The notes under the pieces: model-generated | Told to the model about the DNA's origin: nothing | Database searches by the model: none | Seen by the model: the letters and a program-made list of their open reading frames with translations, nothing else | Part shown: in pieces, positions 45,331 through 51,123 of the stretch | Layout: each line of letters begins with the position of its first letter | Numbering within the stretch: position 1 is the stretch's first letter | Program-made: the position numbers and the translations under genes | From: a virus | Taxonomy: Duplodnaviria > Caudoviricetes | Reading direction: 5' to 3' (one strand) | Length of the DNA stretch: 51,123 bases | IMG/VR virus record: IMGVR_UViG_3300042518_000793 | Span: 1 to 51,123 of that record

Positions 45331-45522
45331 TCAGATGCGCGTGCCGAGTTCGTACTTGCCCGTCGCCGCACTTCGGAACCCGAGGAAGCACGCACCGCGC
45401 ACCCCGTGAAACGCGTAGTGCTTGCCGTCCCAGCCACGCGCAATCATGTCAGCCCGCAGGCGCTCGCCGACCGGCGACATCTCTTCGACTTGGTACTTCC
45501 GACCCTTGATCACAACTTGCAT
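45331..45522 (-). CDS. Hypothetical early protein
   Basis: GGAGGAG RBS preceded by the repeated hairpin. Confidence 0.7.
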   Translation of the reverse strand: MQVVIKGRKYQVEEMSPVGERLRADMIARGWDGKHYAFHGVRGACFLGFRSAATGKYELGTRI

Positions 45523-45593
45523 GCTCTCTCTCCTCCCAGGCGCTCAGCCCATCTGCACTGGCACCCTTTCGCCGGGGTGCCGTCGGCGTTCGT

Positions 45594-45773
45594 TCACGCT
45601 GCCTTGCGTTGTTCTTGTCGTCGCCAGATCTCATCGATCTCAGCCAAAAGCTCTTTACCTTCGCGGCTTCCCATGTAAATCCACGCTTCAGCCAGCGCCC
45701 CCGCCAAAGTCCCGTTGTCCAGTTCAGCCGCTTTCAGAACCGCCGCTTTCAGAACATCTTTCGTCGTCGCCAT
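45594..45773 (-). CDS. Hypothetical early protein (59 aa, MATTKDVLKAAVLKAAEL...)
   Basis: Read from the sequence; follows promoter, hairpin and AAGGA. Confidence 0.7.
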   Translation of the reverse strand: MATTKDVLKAAVLKAAELDNGTLAGALAEAWIYMGSREGKELLAEIDEIWRRQEQRKAA

Positions 45774-45787
45774 GGAGTCTTTCCTTC

Positions 45788-45860
45788 CGGGCGCTCAGCC
45801 CGTCCTGGGTACAAAGCAACTATGCCGCCTCTCACCCAACCTTGCAAGCTCTTTTTTGCG
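45788..45860 (-). promoter_or_regulatory. Early promoter: A-tract, TTGCAA, CATAGT, leader hairpin
   Basis: Same architecture as 46711-46782. Confidence 0.7.
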
Positions 45861-45866
45861 CGCACC

Positions 45867-46085
45867 TCACTTTTTCTGGAGCTTGGCCAGAGCGTCGCAC
45901 AGAAGCTCCTCGACTGCCGACACAACGCGCTCTGCGTCTGCGTCCGTCGGTGCTGCAAATCGACCCCGCTCGAGCCCAGCCCACGTTCGAAGCCGAGACT
46001 TCGGGACGCCACTCGCCCCGACCACTTCCCGGATGGTTCCGGGGTAAATGGCCAGGGCGTAGGCGATGCGTTCACTCGGCGTCAT
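45867..46085 (-). CDS. Small HTH (Cro/XRE-like) protein
   Basis: TIREVVGASGVPKSRLRTWAG. Confidence 0.55.
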   Translation of the reverse strand: MTPSERIAYALAIYPGTIREVVGASGVPKSRLRTWAGLERGRFAAPTDADAERVVSAVEELLCDALAKLQKK

Positions 46086-46275
46086 CGTCGCCCCCTCCGA
46101 ACTCCGCATCCGCTTCGCACCACTCGCAAATCCCAGGCACGGCCGGCACAGGCCGCACTTCCTGAACGTGCGGGTTGTCCCGTGCGATGTCCGCGCACAT
46201 GGCGCAGCACTCGTCCATCGTCCCCGACTTCCACACCGCCACGAACTCGATGGTGTCACACGCTACTTGCATCAC
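46072..46275 (-). CDS. Small zinc-finger protein
   Basis: CAMC...CEWC. Confidence 0.6.
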   Translation of the reverse strand: MMQVACDTIEFVAVWKSGTMDECCAMCADIARDNPHVQEVRPVPAVPGICEWCEADAEFGGGDDDAE

Positions 46276-46499
46276 TCACCCCCAACCAAACGACCAGTGC
46301 GCTCGACCTTCGCGGCCACCCGCAACCACGAAGCCGCCGCCTCAATGTTACCCGCTTGCATGCACTTCTCAGCGTGCGACCTCAGAACCGCAGCCTTTTC
46401 GGAAGCGGTCAGCGTTGCACGCTTCGTGTCGTTATTCGCGTTGTCCGCAGCAAACCGAGCCGCCGCGCTGTCGATGTGCTCTTGCGTCGTCTTGACCAT
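46272..46499 (-). CDS. Hypothetical protein
   Basis: TGATG coupling. Confidence 0.65.
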   Translation of the reverse strand: MVKTTQEHIDSAAARFAADNANNDTKRATLTASEKAAVLRSHAEKCMQAGNIEAAASWLRVAAKVERTGRLVGGE

Positions 46500-46696
46500 C
46501 AGAGTTTTCCTGCCATCGCAAGCTGAAGCACGCCCAGAGCACGCCGCGCACGCTCAGCCGGGTCCGCAGACGCCCGCTTGGTTCCAGTCTTGGCGTCGAT
46601 GACGGCTTGCCAAGCGTCCATCGTGTCCGCGATGTCGTTGCGGCCCAGCTTGCGCCACCCGTTGCGAAACTCAGTCGTCTCGATTTGCTTTGCCAT
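46499..46696 (-). CDS. Hypothetical early protein
   Basis: AAGGAG RBS after promoter and hairpin. Confidence 0.7.
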   Translation of the reverse strand: MAKQIETTEFRNGWRKLGRNDIADTMDAWQAVIDAKTGTKRASADPAERARRALGVLQLAMAGKL

Positions 46697-46710
46697 GGTC
46701 CTAACTCCTT

Positions 46711-46782
46711 CGGGCGCTCAGCCCGTCTCGGTTGATGTCCTGACTATGCCGCCCCTCAAACCACCGCGCAAGTCTTTTTTTG
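46711..46782 (-). promoter_or_regulatory. Early promoter: A-tract, TTGCGC, CATAGT, leader hairpin
   Basis: Same architecture as 45788-45860. Confidence 0.7.
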
Positions 46783-46838
46783 CTCACGCCGCACTTTTTC
46801 TCACGCCTCCGATGGCGACGGCATCCTAGCGCGCCCGT

Positions 46839-47267
46839 TCACCGCCTCGACGGTAGCGGATTCGGCAAATGCGCCACCTGCCCGTCCATCACCACCGTCT
46901 CCGAGTGCCAGTCCCGGAACCGAATGCCATCCCACGCGACGCAGCCAAACGCCCCGCATCGGGCGACCACGTACCAAAGCCCGCCCTTCGGCGGCTCGCC
47001 GGCCACCCACTGGCTTGAGGCTCCCTCGCTCGAGCTTTCGGGGCTCGAAGCCAGCGGCTCGACCAACGTCCCGCACCTCACCGCAATCGCCGCCGACAGC
47101 CGGCACGCCGCCGCGTGGTCTGCGACCGGATACACCTCCGACCACTCACCGCCGTCCGCTGCCATGAACGTCACCTTGACCCCAAAGTTCATCACGTCGA
47201 TTCGCGTGATAGCGTCGCTGTCCTCGATGACGTCGAACCCGCCTTCTCGCTCAATCACCAGTCTCAT
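46839..47267 (-). CDS. Hypothetical protein with DUF551-like C-terminus
   Basis: WVAGEPPKGGLWYVV...AHLPNPLP. Confidence 0.6.
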   Translation of the reverse strand: MRLVIEREGGFDVIEDSDAITRIDVMNFGVKVTFMAADGGEWSEVYPVADHAAACRLSAAIAVRCGTLVEPLASSPESSSEGASSQWVAGEPPKGGLWYVVARCGAFGCVAWDGIRFRDWHSETVVMDGQVAHLPNPLPSRR

Positions 47268-47485
47268 TGCTTCATCCTCCCCGCGACCGCTTCCCCGCGT
47301 TCCTCAAGCCAGCCTGCCATAGCCGACGCCTCATAGCCGTACCATCCCCGCCCCTTCCACCGGCCGAACAGGTACGCCGCGCGCTTCGGGTCCATGCCCA
47401 GCGCCGCCACAACCTCGCGCCCCTTCGGCGCCACTCCATCCACCCGGCGCATTCCCAGCAGCAACCGGCGTTCTTCGTCCTTCAT
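47264..47485 (-). CDS. Hypothetical winged-helix-like protein
   Basis: REVVAALGMDPKRAAYLF..W..RGWY.Y; GGAGG RBS. Confidence 0.6.
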   Translation of the reverse strand: MKDEERRLLLGMRRVDGVAPKGREVVAALGMDPKRAAYLFGRWKGRGWYGYEASAMAGWLEERGEAVAGRMKQ

Positions 47486-47579
47486 CACTACCCCTCCCAT
47501 CCGTTGCGTTTCCAGCCGTCTCCAGCCTACGTAAAGGCCCCGCGCGCACCATGCCCGCTAGGGTGGTAGCCTCACCATC

Positions 47580-47948
47580 TCACCGCGCCTCAGCGTCGCT
47601 CGTAGCCGCCTTCCCGGTTCGCGCGCCCGATGCGACCGTGGGCAACGTCCGGGACCGCTCGACGAACGCCCCCATCCCTTCCTCTGCGAACGCCGCCGCC
47701 TCATCCCGGAACGCTTTGACCGCGACCCGGTACGCCTTGACCTGCTCGCCGCTCATCTCGGCCATGCACCGGCCCACCGCTTCCCGCAGCGTCGGCGCAT
47801 CCACACCGCCGAGGTACGCCTTCGCCATGACCGTGACCAATGCAAGCCCCGCAGGCCCGCCCTGACGCCATGCCTCCACCGCGCCGTCCGTCGCCAGCGC
47901 CACGAACTCACGCATCACCGCGCCGTCATTCACCTTTCCGTCACTCAT
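47580..47948 (-). CDS. Hypothetical protein
   Basis: AGGAGG RBS. Confidence 0.65.
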   Translation of the reverse strand: MSDGKVNDGAVMREFVALATDGAVEAWRQGGPAGLALVTVMAKAYLGGVDAPTLREAVGRCMAEMSGEQVKAYRVAVKAFRDEAAAFAEEGMGAFVERSRTLPTVASGARTGKAATSDAEAR

Positions 47949-47994
47949 GCTGCCCTCCTGCCCCGACTTCACGCCGGGGTCAACGCCCTGGTTA

Positions 47995-48280
47995 TTGACG
48001 GAGTACGTTGTACAGTCACCATTCCGTCAATAACTCCGTCAAGACTTATTTCCATGATTCCAAGTACTTGTATGGGTACTGACGCAATTGACGCAGATCC
48101 ACGCACACGCACACGAGCGCACACGCGCACCCACAGACGTGCGGACGTACGCACATGTCCGCATGCAGCCCTCGGAAACTCCGTCAATTCCGTCAGTGCT
48201 ATCGTAACTCCGCGCCGTCGTTCAACTTCGGCTTGACGGAGACACTGACGGAGTACTGACGGACCACCCATCTCCGTCAA
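47995..48280. other. Putative replication origin with iterons
   Basis: About 11 copies of YTGACG(G/C)A in both orientations around an AT-richer core, directly downstream of the primase-helicase. Confidence 0.75.
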
Positions 48281-51075
48281 GACCACCACGTCTCGTCCTT
48301 CGCCTCAGTCGGGGCCAGCGTCGATGGTCCGGTGTTCGTGTCCAGCCGCTTGCCCGTCGCAACCGCTTGAAACTGCAAGCCCCGCAGCCCGCGCTTAGCC
48401 GACGGCCCAAACTTCAGCCCGGCCACCACACGCCCCTCGTTGGTCGCCACCGCCCGCCTCAGATGCTTCGTGATCGCCGCTGCGTCGATCTGGACCCCGC
48501 ACGCGGTCACGATGGCGTGCGTGAGCCGCCGACGCTTCGCCTTGTCCGACTCCGTCATCGACCCGCCGCCGCCGCCGTGCTTCAGCGCCACAAGCTCCTC
48601 CACCGCTTCAGCCAGCGACACCGGGCGCTCCCCGTAGACGTCGTGCCACGCCGCCGCCAGTTCGAGGTAAGCGGACACGTCCTCGTCGGAGTCCACGCGC
48701 TGCGCCTCGATGCTCGCGATGACGTCGCCCCGACCCAGCCACATCAGCGGCTCCCTCACCATCGCGTTCCATTGCACGAACTCCCGCAACGGCGAGCACT
48801 TGTTCGGCCTGCCCGCCAGCAGGTACGCCCGCGCAATGCTCAAACACGCCGGCACCAGCGACTCGCGGTTCTCCCTGACGTAGTCCACAAGGTCCGGGTA
48901 CTTGAACGTTCGCCCAACGTCGGGGCGCTCCATCATCGTCACCATGCGCGCCCGCACTGTTCGCCCCACGCCGTCGCCCCGGAACTTCACGTTTCGGCCC
49001 GTGATCGTGATCAGCGTGCGGTTCGGCGCTGATTCCGTGCTGCTCTCCCCGAGGACCCGCTGCGTGTAGATCTCCGAAGTCATCATGGTGTCATACGCCT
49101 CACCGCCGAACGGGAGCGTGATGTTGTCGATGGACAGGTGCGGCACGCCGTCTCGAAGGTAGCTGAACACGGTCTTGCGCAGTTCGTCCTCGCTCCCCGG
49201 CTGGTTCATGTTCGCCGGCATGTGACCGCTCATCAGCATCGACGTCATGTTGACCAGCGTGCCCTTGCCGATGCCCGAGCTGGGAGAGTCGATCAGGAAA
49301 CCAGGGCACAACCGAAACGTGCGCCGCATGGTCGCCGTAATCAGCAGAGCCACCATCGTCGTGCGGTCAAGCTCCGACTCCCACGGGAAGTCACACAGCA
49401 AGTCCTCCAGCCATTCCACCGCCTTGACCGCTGCCTCACGCGTCGTCCTCGTCTCCGCGAACTTCGCGCCGCTGAAGTCCACCAGTAGCTTCGTCTCCGG
49501 GTCATACCCCTCCCCGACCAGTTCGCCGTTCATCCGAAGCACTGGCAACCGATGCACGCCGTGAACCTCGCGAAGCACGCCGCCCCACCGTTCGGGCATC
49601 GTGATCACCGCCTCGACCACCCGATCACTCACCGACCGACGCTGCGGCACCGGCCCGTTCTTGCCGCGCCGCTCCTCCACGAATACCGCGCGCTCCTCGA
49701 TAATCACCCGCGCCGACGCTTTCGACAGCGCCCGAAGCTGCGTCAGCCCGTCGCCACCGCGCCCCGCCATCACCATCGAGTTCGTCCGCGAGTAGATGTC
49801 GGGATGCTTCGCCAGCGCTCTGACCACCGCATCGACCTGCGCCCCGAGTTCGCCATCGACCACGAGAATCACATCCCGCTCGATTTGCGCCGCCTTTGGT
49901 TGCGCGGGCGCAGCCTCACTCGTGACCTCGACCTCATCGGGAATCGGCTCGCGCACCCACTCAGGCGGCTCCGCTTCAGCCTTCGCCGCCCGCGCCGGTC
50001 GCTCCTCCCACGCCTTGAGGTATCCCTCTGACACGAGATGCTCTTTCGGCGTCTTGCCTCCCGCGTGCGCGTCGATGTCGAGCGCGTCCCCCGTAAACGA
50101 GTTCTTGCCCTCGATCCACCCGCCGACGCCCACGCCTTCCGTGTGCCCCGACGACCAGCAGATCCACCGATCCGACGCGCCAGCTAGCGCCTTGAAACAC
50201 CCGTTGTGCTGGCACACCGGACACGTCCCCACCGACGTCGGGTAAGCCCGGCTGCGCTCCGCGACGTACCGCGCGGCGGCGTCCTGAAAGCGCGTTGACG
50301 CTGCGCCGCTCGCCCCACTGGCCCACACGGCCGGCGTCGTCTTCGGCGCGGCCACCGGCCCAACGAACGCCTCGATCTGCTCCCGGCTCACCGGCACGCC
50401 GTCGCCCCACTCCAGCACGTTTGCCATTCGGTGCGGGCGCTCCTCGGTTGACTCGCCCTTCGCGCTCCACGTCCCCGGCAACCGCCAGATGCGGGCCGCG
50501 TTGCCGACCACGGGATCAACCGCCGCGTGCGCAGTCGAGAACCGCATCAGTGCCTTGACGAAACGCATCGGCAGGTCGCTTGCCGCATCGAGGTCACACA
50601 GCCACATGACGTGTGCCCCGTTGCCCGAGTCTGTCACCACCGGGCGCGGCCATCCCAGCCCATCGCACAACTCGCCCACGATCAGCGACGCCACACGCCG
50701 CGCGTGCCCGCGCTCTTCCTCCGTAGCCGACACGCCCTTGGGTCGCACCGCGTCGATGTCCACGAGCAGCCAGCGCCGCCGAGTAACGTCTGCGTCCTTC
50801 GCTCCGTCGCCGGTCTTGGCCTTCGCCAGCGCCCCGGTCACAAGCCGCGCCACCGGGTTCGGCGTGAAGTAGCACCCCATCCACCCGTTGCGCTTGCCGT
50901 GCGACACGAGCGCCTTGACGCACGCTGCCACGTCCCCCGGCCCGAACGTCCCGATGGTCACGCCGCGCTCGCCCCGGCTCAGGATGCGAACCTCAAACGA
51001 CTCACCGTCTCGAAGCCCGTGCGCCGCCAGCGCATCAAGCGCCACCGTCGCCGCGTCTTCGTCTACCCATCTCAC
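48277..51075 (-). CDS. Primase-helicase (RepB-like AEP primase, Zn-binding domain, P4/D5-type SF3 helicase)
   Basis: LVDID, DSGNGAH, R.WRLPGT; CPVC..GC...C...H; SSGIGKGTL Walker A, IDNI Walker B; GTG 51075 overlaps the upstream stop. Confidence 0.85.
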   Translation of the reverse strand: MRWVDEDAATVALDALAAHGLRDGESFEVRILSRGERGVTIGTFGPGDVAACVKALVSHGKRNGWMGCYFTPNPVARLVTGALAKAKTGDGAKDADVTRRRWLLVDIDAVRPKGVSATEEERGHARRVASLIVGELCDGLGWPRPVVTDSGNGAHVMWLCDLDAASDLPMRFVKALMRFSTAHAAVDPVVGNAARIWRLPGTWSAKGESTEERPHRMANVLEWGDGVPVSREQIEAFVGPVAAPKTTPAVWASGASGAASTRFQDAAARYVAERSRAYPTSVGTCPVCQHNGCFKALAGASDRWICWSSGHTEGVGVGGWIEGKNSFTGDALDIDAHAGGKTPKEHLVSEGYLKAWEERPARAAKAEAEPPEWVREPIPDEVEVTSEAAPAQPKAAQIERDVILVVDGELGAQVDAVVRALAKHPDIYSRTNSMVMAGRGGDGLTQLRALSKASARVIIEERAVFVEERRGKNGPVPQRRSVSDRVVEAVITMPERWGGVLREVHGVHRLPVLRMNGELVGEGYDPETKLLVDFSGAKFAETRTTREAAVKAVEWLEDLLCDFPWESELDRTTMVALLITATMRRTFRLCPGFLIDSPSSGIGKGTLVNMTSMLMSGHMPANMNQPGSEDELRKTVFSYLRDGVPHLSIDNITLPFGGEAYDTMMTSEIYTQRVLGESSTESAPNRTLITITGRNVKFRGDGVGRTVRARMVTMMERPDVGRTFKYPDLVDYVRENRESLVPACLSIARAYLLAGRPNKCSPLREFVQWNAMVREPLMWLGRGDVIASIEAQRVDSDEDVSAYLELAAAWHDVYGERPVSLAEAVEELVALKHGGGGGSMTESDKAKRRRLTHAIVTACGVQIDAAAITKHLRRAVATNEGRVVAGLKFGPSAKRGLRGLQFQAVATGKRLDTNTGPSTLAPTEAKDETWWS

Positions 51076-51123
51076 TGCCGCGCCCTGACCCATTCGCCCA
51101 CCGCCTCCCGCCGATAGATCGGC
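50997..51123. repeat. Terminal direct repeat, copy 2 (assembly overlap)
   Basis: Identical to 1-127. Confidence 0.95.

Noticed and set aside
47969-48289. 106-aa ORF across the origin, or the repeats as a CRISPR array
   Set aside because: Repeats are 8-mers in both orientations with irregular spacing; no cas genes; the ORF is low-complexity
1-51123. Integrase, CI repressor, reverse transcriptase/DGR, tRNA, DNA polymerase, stop-codon recoding
   Set aside because: No diagnostic motifs or cloverleafs seen by eye, and genes tile densely under the standard code; divergent versions cannot be excluded without HMM searches

Overview
This window appears to be a complete, circularly assembled, GC-rich (about two-thirds by eye) dsDNA tailed-phage genome of about 51.0 kb; bases 1-127 repeat exactly at 50997-51123. 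The minus-strand virion module (about 17.0-44.7 kb) has a P22-like podovirus layout: TerS, TerL, portal, scaffold, major capsid, adaptor, nozzle, tailspike/fibre genes, three ejection-type proteins, endolysin and holin-like genes. The rest encodes two AlpA/Xis-like HTHs, a primase-helicase followed by an iteron-rich origin, an amino-methyltransferase with an SNF2-like helicase, a RuvC-like resolvase, SSB, MazG, a divergent phosphoribosyltransferase, a lytic transglycosylase, YqaJ/RecT recombination genes and many small hypotheticals. I recognised no integrase, CI-type repressor, DNA polymerase, tRNA or CRISPR array. The most notable observations are an SSB whose acidic-PF tip is followed by a hydrophobic extension, a TCTCA-N3-TGAGA palindrome at three late-region sites, a duplicated bidirectional promoter core, a repeated RBS-adjacent hairpin, a paralogous HTH/4-Cys protein pair, a PRTase/MazG/DUF1599 nucleotide set and a group of small HicB-like-motif proteins. 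All protein calls come from motifs and synteny read by eye; no searches were run.
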